Assembly (NCBI RefSeq): GCF_009914755.1
Contig: NC_060931.1
Strand: one strand, 5' to 3'
From: the human T2T-CHM13v2.0 reference genome, Homo sapiens
Length of the DNA: 64,000 nucleotides
Shown here piece by piece: positions 1 to 11,950 of this stretch. The position numbers and the translations under genes were made by a program. Within the stretch, counting starts at the first letter, position 1. Every line of letters starts with the position of its first letter. The notes under the pieces were generated by a model that made no database searches, was not told the origin of the DNA, and saw only the letters and a program-made list of their open reading frames with translations.

Positions 1-1344
1 ATTTTATATATTTAAGTGATATGATGTGACAGCATCTGGGTTATAGGATGGGGGGTTCTGAACCATGAGAACCCCTAAATTTGAGACCGTTTTGTGTCAG
101 GATATTCTGAGCTCTGTCTCAAGGGATTTTTTCCTCTGACCCACAGTGCAGAATTGTTTCCTGATTAGGCTGTTTCAAAGCTAAAAGGGACAAAAATAGG
201 GCTGAGCAGCCAGCCAGCCAAATGTACCTTTTATAAATCTATCTCTAAACTTGTAGAGAACTCTAACAATGGTTTCATTAATTTAACAATCACTCAATGT
301 CATATCTATTATAATGTACTAAGCTCTTAAGAGAGAAAGAAAAAAGAAAATTGTTTTATTCCCGTGATTTAATTTAAAATGAAAAATTGCATTGATGGTA
401 GTCTTGTTAAACTTTTTTTGATTTGCTTTATGATTTAAAGTATGGACTTTCTTTTCTTGAGGGCCATGCTTCTGTCTTCTATTTTAAAACTTCTAAATAA
501 TCATTCTTAACTTCTAGGACAGGTATGAAAACACTTGATAAGTGATTTTAATAAAAACATATACTGTGTACTTGTAACTTGGTAACAAACGCAGCCAAAA
601 AGGTTGCATATTGAAACAGTGTATATCCAAACCGTATACCTAGCTTGGCCCCCAAGATGCCTGTGGGAACAATGAAATACCCTGACTGATCCCCATTGCT
701 CACCATGTAGCTTACTTTGGCTAGATCACTTTCCTGGGTCCCTGGGATCTTCCTGGGATTCTTGCCAAATCCAGTTTCCAGTTCCCAGGGTAGGTTATAC
801 TCCTTTTGCACAGTTCTTCACAGCCGTGGTTTGGGATTGTCCCATCAAAGACTCTTTGTGGACAATATAATACTCTCCCTTTCTCAGAGAGCTCCTTTGA
901 TAATGTCCTAAAACTTCTGTCTTTCTAATCCACAAAGGATTTTTCCTAGGTTCAGAATTTTCTGGATCTGCTAGCCTACTAAAATCCCCCTGTGATTCTG
1001 GAGTATAGTAGAAACATCAGAGTTACTTAGTCAGACATTCTTGAAATAGATTAGACTTTACCAGGGGTGACTGAGCCAAAATTGTTACATTTCGTAACCA
1101 TGAAAATGAAAGACTTCCACTGAAAGCAGGACATATTGGAAGACAAATGCATTTGATTCTAGGCTCATGGGGTCCCTTTTTTCTGCTACTAATTTTGAAG
1201 TTGACCTCTTTACGAACATTGATTCTCTTTTGAGATCCAGTCATTTCAAGGGGAAGAGAAGATGATATTCTAATCCATTTGCCCACATAAACAGAGTCAA
1301 AAAGCACGATAATATTAATTTCTTGGTTTTGAATATTCATTTTT

Positions 1345-1487
1345 AGTTTGAAAAGTGTATCATGATTATGTAAGATGCTAACTTTAGGGAAAAGTAGATA
1401 AAATGGATTCAGTTTATCTATGGAACATCTTTGTAAACTTTCTGTAAATCTAAAGTTATTCCAAAATAAAAAATTTATTTAAAAAAT
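1345..1487 (+). mobile_element. Old L1 (L1MB/ME-type) 3' end fragment
   Basis: 'ctgtaaatctaaagttattccaaaataaaaaattt' followed by an A-rich tail resembles old L1M 3' termini. Confidence 0.55.
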
Positions 1488-2487
1488 TTGTGGATGATAG
1501 AAGGGGACCTCAGTGATTCAAAAAGTCACTTAAATCCCAGAGAATGATACAATCAATATTTGTAGAGGATAGAAAATGATCCAACACCTCTCCTAGCTAC
1601 ATTGATAATTAATTTGCATTAGAGACTGACATCAAATGCCTCAGCCTATATATGTTTCTGTGTAAAACACTCAGAATTAGAAGGAGGTCTGCAGCAGGAC
1701 ATATACTGAAAACTTAAAATTCAAAATGTGCAGAAAGTCCCTTATTTTAAATCAACAGTGTACTTAAAAATATTTACCTACTCATTTTCTTCAGGCTTCC
1801 TTTATACTAGATGATTATGCAAATAGAATTTAAAAGGGAAAAAACAATCTATGTTTTTGCTCTTGTCCATTATAAATATTTACGCATTTTGGTGAAGCAG
1901 GAAAGTGGTTGTTAGCAAAACTGATTTGGATGGATAGGAGGAAATTTTGATTAAAAATAAAGTAAAGCATAATGAGATTGGGGAAAATGTCATCTGAGGA
2001 AAAAAATCTCATTTTTTTTTTTTCAGTTTTTACCAACATCCTTTTTTGAGAGTACTGCAGACAATTATGTCACATACACATTTTTAAGACTTTTTCCCAT
2101 TACACTAGACTTCTTCATTTTCTAAATTTGTTATTTGTAAATGGAATTCATTTCTCTGGCTTCATTTTCTTGTCTCATTATGCTGAATTCAGCGAGTGTT
2201 TGTTTTGAAACCCTCTTTAAATAAGAGCTCCCATTTCTTTTCATCATCTGTAAGTTCTTAACCATGTACAAAATCATTTTTGTTGAACCAACTTTCCAGT
2301 TCACGCACCACTGCTACTAGAAATTCTAGGATGAAATCCATCATTAGGCGACTCAAAGAAATTATGGAGTTTTTTTGTTTTTTTTTTTCCACTTTCTGTT
2401 TCTTGCTAGTTATTGAGAAATTTGGTGATTCAGAGAATAAGGAAAGAGAGTGGGGAGCGCTCTGACTAGTGTCTAGTAACCCCTTAG

Positions 2488-2827
<340 letters not shown>

Positions 2828-3730
2828 TTAAGCAGTTGCTTTTAATACAATAATTCCTCTTCTAAATTCACTGTGAGGCTGCAGTCAGGAATTGGTTTTG
2901 GTAATTGTAAAGTCCAGCTGAAGTGCTGGTGGAAACTCTATACTAATAAGTGCTTGGCAATTATAGTTATGTCCCCATTGAAGTGATCCAATACATGTTG
3001 CGTACTTCGCTATATCCAAAACTGGCAGAAATTTGTCTTCAGTGATTAAAACAGTTATCACTGCCCAGCCCTAAAAGATTTATAAACACTGTATACATTT
3101 AGAAACCCCTTTTCAATCTAAAAATAAATATATAAATAAATAAATAATAAAAATAAAAATAAACAATGGCAGCATGTTTTTAATTATGCCTAATTGAAAA
3201 AGGAATAAAATCATTTGGAAGTTAGGTGAAGAAAAGAGGATGAAAAGTCTGATAATCAGTGGTTATTCTAAAGAAAATAAAATTCTTCTCAATGTAAATC
3301 ATATAAACATACCAGAGTGCTTTAAAAATACAGTTAAATAATCACATTGTTTTACTGTTTTGGCAAAAGTTCCATTTAGCATAGAAAATAAATATCACTC
3401 ATATTGTTTTCATTTTGCTTTATGTGTTCAAATAGGATATATACCAGCTCTACACATCATCCAAATATATAATTATGTGGTTAATTATCACAACATAGTG
3501 TTATTCTTATTAACTTTAAATATTTTGTGATTATTAGAAAACAAATTTAATAATAAGGAGTATTCATTGCTTTCATCACACATTGATTAAATATGTTTTT
3601 CTGAGGGTCTGTTGAGTGCAAAGAATTGTGCTGTAATAGTATATATTTTTTCCAATTTTTCTTTCTAACTGTTGATTTCTTATTTCCTTAGCAATCAAAG
3701 CATATGGACTATATTTTAATTCTACAGACA

Positions 3731-3860
3731 TTGCGTTAGGCAGAACAGCTACCAACACCCAATCCCTGAAATTTGTGATTGTGTTTTGATACATGGCAAA
3801 AGGAACTATGCAGATGTAATTAAGGTTAAGAACTTTAAAATAGGAAGATTAAATCCAAGG
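3731..3860 (+). mobile_element. MLT1 (ERVL-MaLR) LTR 5' fragment
   Basis: 'tacatggcaaaaggaactatgcagatgtaattaaggttaag' matches the MLT1 LTR 5' core. Confidence 0.6.
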
Positions 3861-4249
3861 AGTTCTTCAAAGTAAAGAACTACTACATGCAGAAGGTATG
3901 TGCTGCCTGGGGCACCTCGTAGTTGGAAGGAAGGCTCCTCACAGTGCATGATGGAGCTGTGGGCGGGAAAACAAGAGAGAAGGCCATTGGCTGAGAGCTC
4001 AGGGGCTCGTTCTCTCTGTGCTGCCATCTCTAGGTGAGAAACTCCAGTGTTGGAACCTGGCCTTCAATGTTGTCATGCCAAGGTAATCAATAAGGTAGAG
4101 CCTCTTTTATTTAATGCCAATAAGCAAGTAGGTCAGGGTGATTTAAAACTTTTTAAAATACATAGGAATGTGCTATGTGGGTCTCCATTTGTACTTTTGC
4201 TCCAGGTCCTGACAATTTCAGTCATAGGCCTGAGATAATAATTTGAATA

Positions 4250-4420
4250 ACGGACTTATTGAAGGCTTAGTGAATGTCCTCTGTGTGTTGGATATCATGC
4301 AGACTGCTTGGCATGTACTATTTTTTTAAGTTCAGATAACAATTCTTTGAGGTAGGAATAATGTGTGTACATATTTTAGAGATGAGTAAATGACATTACA
4401 GGAGTAGAGTGATCTAACTA
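4250..4420 (-). mobile_element. MIR fragment
   Basis: Degenerate 'ttgaggtagg...attttagagatgagtaaa' MIR core. Confidence 0.45.
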
Positions 4421-4516
4421 ATGAATCTTACCAAAGAAAAGCATTCCTGTGAAATCTGTGTGACTAAAGGGAGGGTAGAAATAGTTGTCTTCCCCAGTTT
4501 CCTCTTGCTTTGTCTA

Positions 4517-4668
4517 TTTTCTTTAGAGATGCCCAGGCTGGAGTGCAGTGGCTATCCACAGGCGTGATCATATTGAACTGCAGCCTTGCACTCGTGGGCT
4601 CAAGTGCATCTACCTGCCTCAGCTTCTCCAGTAGCTGGAACTACAGGTGCAGGCCACTGTGCCCAGCT
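4517..4668 (-). mobile_element. FAM (fossil Alu monomer)
   Basis: Single monomer retaining the 7SL-derived 'gtgcagtggcta(t)ccacaggcgtgatc' segment that dimeric Alus lack; ends ...gcccagc. Confidence 0.8.
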
Positions 4669-5341
4669 TCCTCCTGTCTCTAGCCACACTGTAATCACAA
4701 ATCACAAAAGTTTTCTTAAATTATATTGGTCCCAGAGGAATAGTAATGATATTTGCTACAGTTTCAGTTTCCATCTGTACTTAAGGAGGAATAGCACCCA
4801 AACTCAGCAAGCAACCCAGAGCTCTAGTTCTTGATTCTGCAAAGTTTTTGTTATAGTAAAATCTTCTGTTTTGTCAGTATGACTTCTTTTTGGAGTCTGA
4901 GTTATGCATTTGACATGAATTCAAGTTCAGTTATCATTCATCTCCTTTGTATTTACACAAATCAATTAAGTCTAAACTGCAAATAGTTTTTGTCTCAGGT
5001 TTCACCTCTGATAGGCTGGTAGCAGCTGTCTGGATAGTCCCGCCAAGAAGGATCGAGTAGCTGCATGTAGATGCAGTAAGAAAGAGCACAATTAGAAGAG
5101 GAGACTGGGGATATGCCTACCATGAATTTCTTATCCGTAATCAGTAGAGCCCAGCCCTTGTGCACAGATATACAAACAGTGGCATTTTTTTTTTTTGTCC
5201 ACCAAAGGATTATTCAACAAGGCACATACAACCTATAGAGAGGAAGATGCCTCTCTATTCACTCAAATACATAGTTTTTTTTTTTGCATTTCCAATTATC
5301 TATTGCTAATAATCTTTTCAGTGCTTACATATGTGCATGCC

Positions 5342-5376
5342 TGTACACACACACACACAGACACATACACACATAT
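5342..5376. repeat. Imperfect (CA)n microsatellite
   Basis: Read directly from the sequence. Confidence 0.85.
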
Positions 5377-5639
5377 ATCCTAAAGTTTGTGAAACTATAG
5401 TTTGCCTTATGGAAGGAAAACACTTGATCCTATTCACAGGGGTAATTTTTAGACATCTCTATTCATAGGTATAACCAGCTTAGAAAATTTACTGCTGTAT
5501 TAAGGGTCAGAATAGCAACTCACAGGAAATTGAACATTTGGAGAACCCAATAGGTAACTTTTAAGAGAGAAGTATTTATGATATGAAGGAACATAAAAGT
5601 TTTGTTTTTACTCCCTTTGGTTTTCTTCTGTAATTCTAG

Positions 5640-5789
5640 ATTGGGAAGAAATAACAGAGAGTGCTTGAAGAATAGATGTGGCTAGGACAATATCTCTGAA
5701 TCTCTGAATGGCCCATGGTGGTGACCCCCAGCCAGAGTGAACTGTGCAGCAGCAATGGTGCCCAGTGGGCAGCAACAGTGGAACAGAAG
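5640..5789 (+). other. Candidate spliced exon (150 nt), probably lncRNA/5' exon
   Basis: Long pyrimidine tract ending ttcttctgtaattctAG (5638-5639) and donor AAG|GTGAGG (GT at 5790). All three frames contain stops at the 5' end; ATG at 5715 stays open to the donor. Confidence 0.35.
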
Positions 5790-6299
5790 GTGAGGAAGGG
5801 GCCAGAAGGAATCCTTTAGGAAATTAAGAAAAGGATAAAAATATGATAAAAATGTGGTGTCCAGGCGAGAAACGGAATAACCTCATCCCTGTTCTGACTA
5901 ACAATTTGGTAATATTTTGACAGTTTTGAACAAGAACTTCCTTCTCCTTTTCTTTTGGAGTACACCATAGTGAAAGACCTATGGTAAAAAACAAGGTACA
6001 ACTGGAATACTGCTTTTTGTTTTTCTATTTTCAATAGTATCTCCTGTTTATAATGGATTGTTTTAATCTCAGGGAAGAACATCTGAGGAGATCACCGGGT
6101 CTCTAAATACCAGTTCTTGTCTCTGCACACCTTTTTTAGGGGGGACTGATGCCTGGTTATATCTGCGGTACACCAGTTCCTAAAGCAATACCTAAGAAAG
6201 TCAATGTTTCCTAGATAAACTTGACTTTCATCAAATGATATTTAGAATCAGTTTTAAACTTGTAGAGTATTGCAATCAATTATGATCATATTTTGCAGC

Positions 6300-6800
6300 A
6301 TATATCATGAAGTCCAAATCATTTTAGCTTAAAGAAAACAGACGTCTATTATTTTTTCACTTAGAATAAGTCAGGAAGTGTGTAGTCTTATGTGTTGGCT
6401 TTCCAGTGTCATCAGGGGCCCAGATTCCTGTCTTTCTGCTCTGCCATCTCCAATGTGTGGTTTCTAACCTCATGATCCAAAGTGGGTTCTTTTGCTCCAG
6501 CCCGCGTATCAATGTACCAGGCCAGTAGAATGAAGAAACTAAGGAGAGCAAAAGGAGGCTCCTTCCTAACTGAGTCAACTTTCTTTAAGCATTTGTCCTG
6601 AAGGTCTCACACAATATTTTTGCATACGTCTCACAGGTCAAAACTTAGTTATGTGTCCACACAAAATTTCAGAAGAGGCTGGAAGGTGTTGTCTTTTAGC
6701 TGAATGCATTATCATCCTGGAATTCAAATCTGGGTTCTAATAGTAAGCGAGAAAGAGAGCGTGGTTATTAAGTGGTGTCATTTGGCACAGCCTGTCAACA
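6300..6800 (-). mobile_element. MLT1J/K-type LTR
   Basis: 'aaaacttagttatgtgtccacac...agaagaggctggaaggtgttgtcttttag' and 'gtctttctgctctgccatc' match old MLT1 in reverse. Boundaries are approximate. Confidence 0.65.
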
Positions 6801-7187
6801 GAGGACATGTTAATTGGCATTCATACTGATGTTTTAATAAAGCATGTAGTGTGCTTATGAGGACCAAGATTGACCATACTTTGGTCATCATCAATCATGG
6901 ACTGAAAGGCTTTTAAACATGAGGTATGTACCGCCTAGCATTCAGTAACAACCCACTTAGTCATTCCTACCTTAATTTTAGGTGCATGATACCAAAATGT
7001 TAACATATTTGAGAAACAGTCCAAGCTAATTTAATTTACGTAAGTACATTTTTAGATAAGACAATGATAAATTTGAAAATCAGTTTGGTTTAATGATTGG
7101 TTAGTTAAAAATATATCAAATAAATAACTTTTTCTACCTTAGCATTTTTAAAATTCTGGACCTAAAATTATTACATTCTATTTAGGG

Positions 7188-7408
7188 CAAGGATTAGCAA
7201 AATACAGCTTACAGGCCAAGTTTGTCTTGACTTCCTTTTTTGTAAATAAAGTTTTTTTGAAACACAGTTACTCTCATATGGTTACATATTGTCAGTGGCT
7301 GCTTTCACTCTATATCGGCAGAACCGAGTAATTGTATTAGATACCCCCACCACTAAACCCAATGTGTTTACTATCTGGATTCATACAGACAATGTTTGCT
7401 GACCCCTG
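7188..7408 (+). mobile_element. MER58A (hAT-Charlie MITE)
   Basis: TIRs caaggattagcaaa / tttgctgacccctg, internal 'ttgtaaataaagttt...aaacacag', about 220 bp. Confidence 0.8.
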
Positions 7409-7596
7409 GCATAGGCAAAGCAAAATACATGACACAATGAATTTCCCTCATACTTAGAAGTTAGGGCCCACAGAACTCACCTGAAAAGTTGCTTAATAGT
7501 TACTTAATTATATAGCAGATTAATCAGTTTTTAACTTGATTCTGACGTTCCTAAAGAATGGCAAATTCCTTCCTAACACAAACTAAACCTTTACCT

Positions 7597-7819
7597 CCGT
7601 GGTTCTCAACTGGGGTCAATTGTGTCTGCCAGAGACATCTGGTAATATGTAGAGACCTTTTTAGTTGTCACAAGTTGGGGTTGGGAGGTGGCTGCCACTG
7701 GCATTTGATAGGCAGAGGCCAGGGGTGCTGCCAAACGTCCTACAATGCACAGGACCGCCACTCAACACAAGGAACTATCTGGCACAAAAGTCACTAGTGC
7801 TAAGACTGAGAAACTCCAT
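7597..7819 (+). mobile_element. MER20 (hAT-Charlie)
   Basis: 'gtggttctcaac...ttgtcacaa...ctggcatt...gaggccagg...tgccaaacgtcctacaatgcacaggac...tgagaaac'. Confidence 0.9.
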
Positions 7820-7890
7820 GGTAAGTGAGAACTCCCTAGGACCGAATAGGTAGTTGTCAATAACAAAAAGGAGGAATTACTTTCCTTAAA

Positions 7891-7934
7891 GGTAAAAATA
7901 ATTGTGGCATTCGGTAAAAATAATTGTGGCATTC
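7891..7934. repeat. Perfect 22-bp tandem duplication
   Basis: ggtaaaaataattgtggcattc occurs at 7891-7912 and 7913-7934. Confidence 0.95.
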
Positions 7935-8476
7935 TTTCTTGGTTGTGGAGGTTTTGCTGTACTCCTTCCTTGTTTTTATTCTCCGAATGAAAACACCATT
8001 TTTATCTGAATTAGTAGCTCAAAGTTTTCCATTAATCACCTCAAACGGACTGACACAGTGTTTCACACACAATGTCACGCATGCTGTATGCTAACTCCTG
8101 AGTTTTGTTCTGAGGGAGAAAAATGAATTCCATGGCCAAAAGTACTAGAGGAAGAACACTCATCATATCATCATCTGGGAGGTTCACTGTTTACCTCCAG
8201 GATAGTAATGGCACTCAGAAGACTGGTGGTGAAGAAACCTAGGAACTGTAGAAATGTAAAACCTGATGAGGCTGCTATTTGTAGACTAGGTCCAGGGAAG
8301 ATGTACTAGGTCAGAGGAGAAGATATCATGGCAGAATCTTCTAAACAGTTTTTCATGGATGACTTATTCATACATGGTCCTCAAACATGGTCCTCAGAGT
8401 GAAAAATAAAAGAATTCCTAAGTAAATGAATTTGGAGATTACTACCTTTTACAGAGTTTAACAAGTTCAATTATAG

Positions 8477-8900
8477 CAAAGGCTTTTAACCCTCTTTTTC
8501 TGTGTGTGATAAATCCCATTGGCAGTCGCAGATCTCTTCTCAAATTAATGTGATCAAATGCATAAAGCAAAATGTATAGGGTATCAAATAAATTGCATTG
8601 AAGTGTAATTAACAAAACAAAAATAAACTGGTGATATATGAATGTAAGCATCTCTTTATTATCACATTAAATAATAAGATCTAGCAGTAGGTCTACTAAC
8701 TACCATACTTTTAAAGTAGTAGTGAGTACAAATAATATTTCAAGACAGCTGCAATAACGGTGATGTGATATGAAAACATCTGTCATTTTTGTTGGGGACA
8801 AAGTCACAAGTACTGCCAATATTACTACAGCTTGTTGTCTTCATTCAAACGGAAGAAAATGCTAAATTTCAGTGAAGTGAAAACTAAGGTTTAAACCATC
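8477..8900 (+). mobile_element. Charlie4a (hAT) DNA transposon relic
   Basis: 'aagatctagcagtaggtctactaactacc', 'gacaaagtcacaagtactgc' and 'aaatgctaaatttcagt' follow the Charlie4a consensus colinearly. Confidence 0.75.
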
Positions 8901-9969
8901 GTAGAGCCTTTAAAATGTTATGTTACTTGTGAGTTTCCAGAAGTAATGGTTGTGGGACTTGTTTGAACTTATTTGAACATAGAAACTTTAATATATTTTG
9001 AAAAGATAATTTCACATGCCATGTGGGAAATGTTGCCTTGAGCTAGTGCTGTACGCCTGGAAGCTTCTAATGTAATGATGCAGTATTGCATTTATAATCA
9101 TTGTTTTAAGCTAGCGTTTTCAAATCCAGTTCAGCTCCATGATAACAGCTGTTGTTTTCTTTACCGATGTATTTCACTTTCAGATATGATTTTTTAAAAA
9201 TTTCTTTGAACTTCATACTTTTCTTAGCAAATATCTCCATTTAAATTCTCAGAATGAAAATAAAAATGAGTTGTCTCACACCTCTACACTTAGAAAATCT
9301 AGGCTGCCTGTGGCCCTTTGCCCTAACACGTGACTCCTGTATCATGTATGTATAACTCCCTTCTAATTAAGCAACCTCATTCATCAAGAAAGCCCTGCAG
9401 CGATAAGGTAATTTTTGCCACAGGAATGTGACACTACCATGTGCCAGTTGCTGAAATAGTTGCACAGATTTTAGTGAAATGCAAGAGATAAGTGAGTAAG
9501 AAAGTGAAAATTGTCAGCCCATAAATTACTGCTGCCCTCAGTCTACAGTAATTACAGCAAAGCTGTAGATAACTGTCCCTCTGATGAACTCTAGCAAAAT
9601 GGTCTTTTAAGTTTATCAGCATATTCAGGTACAACTCTCTCAGGAGGCTTGGCCTCTTCTAAATGATCAAATATTCTGAGGGTGGGTGGCAGAAGGACAA
9701 AAGATGAGGAAAAAGGAAAGAGAAACATTATTTACATCAATTAAAGTAATTTTTAAGTTTATTCTTTTAAAATTATCTAGTAGAAGCCTTCTTTCTCACT
9801 TATGATTCCTTTAAATGACACTTGCTATTTTAATGACTATTAAAATAGTCATTAAAATATTAAGTACTAAATGGTACTTGCTATTTTTATTAATGGATGC
9901 CGAAAGCAGTCAGGGAGCTAATTATTATATTGTGAAAGTAAAAATATATATGAGGCTCATGTAAAACAG

Positions 9970-10608
<639 letters not shown>

Positions 10609-10773
10609 TCATGTAAGTTTAGAGCTATAAACTTAAATGATGGGTCATCAGTCATATTACTTTTTTTCCTTTTCAACATTTTTATTATCTCAATAATCTT
10701 ATAAGGTGTGGAATCTACTATTATTCCCATTTTATAGGTTAGTACAGGTATCATCAGTTGAAGTGTCCTTTTC

Positions 10774-11054
10774 TTTTTTTTTTTTTTCTTTGACACAGTT
10801 TCACTCTGTCACCCAGGCTAGAGTACAGTGGTGCCATCTTGGTTCACTGCAACCTCCACCCCCCGGGTTAAAGTGATTCTCCTGCCTCAGCCTCCCAAGT
10901 AGCTGGGATTACAGGCGCCTGCCACTGCGCCCGGCTAATTTTTGTATTTTTAGTAGAGACGGGTTTCACCTTCTTGGCCAGGCTGGTCTTGAACTCCTGA
11001 CCTTGTGATCCACTCTCCTTGGCCTCCCAAAGTGCTAGGATTACAGACGTGAGA
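10774..11054 (-). mobile_element. AluSg-type, slightly 5'-truncated, inserted in a MIR fragment
   Basis: gaactcctgaccttgtgatcc diagnostic; TSD tgtccttttc at 10764-10773 and 11055-11064. MIR-like 'attattcccattttatag' lies upstream. Confidence 0.92.
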
Positions 11055-11209
11055 TGTCCTTTTCACTCTCACTGCTAGAAAATGGTGGTGCCATAATTTG
11101 GAAAAAAAAAAAAATCTTCTGCAGATTTGGTAAAATGATCCTGAAATAATGTGAAGCCAAAAAAAAAAAGTGGATATGCAGTTGTTCTATGTTTAAAACT
11201 ATTAAGCAA

Positions 11210-11350
11210 ATATATACATATATTCATTTAAATATATATACATATTTTAATATATACATATATTTAAGTGTATATACATACTTAAATATATATGTATGTA
11301 GATGTGTGTTTGTATATGTGTATATATATTATATATAAAATATATATATC
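11210..11350. repeat. (TA)n/(TACA)n low-complexity tract
   Basis: Read directly from the sequence. Confidence 0.85.
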
Positions 11351-11621
11351 TAAGTAAAAAAGACAAATTAAAAATACTAAAAAGACAACAGTGCTGATTC
11401 TAGTCTGAGGAGATAATAAGTCATCATTTCAACACTTAAAATTTTATGTATTGTCGAAATTTTCTGCAGTAGGTAACTATACTTTTATTGGCAGGAAGAG
11501 AAATTCTTATGAAAAATGATTGATATTATATCTTTTAAAATTGTAAGAATAAGTAAATTAGTAAATTCCAAAGTTCAAACATTAACTTCTATTGATAATA
11601 GAGTTTTAAAAATTCTTTCAG

Positions 11622-11950
11622 GAAGATGGAGAAAAAAGAACACTGACAACTCTCCCAAGCAGCACCATTTCCAAAAACATTTACAAGATAGTGGATGTGG
11701 TGGTGACAACTGAGGAAAGAGCACAGAGACAAAATCAGAAGCTTGTTGAACTCCTTCTCTCTCTCCTACCAACCTGGAACAGAGGGCTTTTATATAGAAT
11801 TTCAAGTGCTGTCCTTTACCCCTTTGTTAACTCATTCTAAGCATGAAGACAAGCACTCTTGGAATGATCATTTAAAACAGTCACTGCCCTTTCATGATAG
11901 CCTCCTCAGACCTTGCCAGCTTGAACAATAAATTACAAATCATTTTTTTG
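11622..11950 (+). other. Candidate terminal exon with 72 open codons and AATAAA
   Basis: Acceptor ttctttcAG (11620-11621), frame open 11622-11837 with TAA at 11838-11840, AATAAA at 11927-11932. Confidence 0.25.

Noticed and set aside
548-1340. Two minus-strand ORFs (87 and 105 aa) as a possible processed pseudogene
   Set aside because: No recognisable protein family in any frame I translated, no poly-A/TSD framing, and lengths are compatible with chance. A BLASTX search would settle it.
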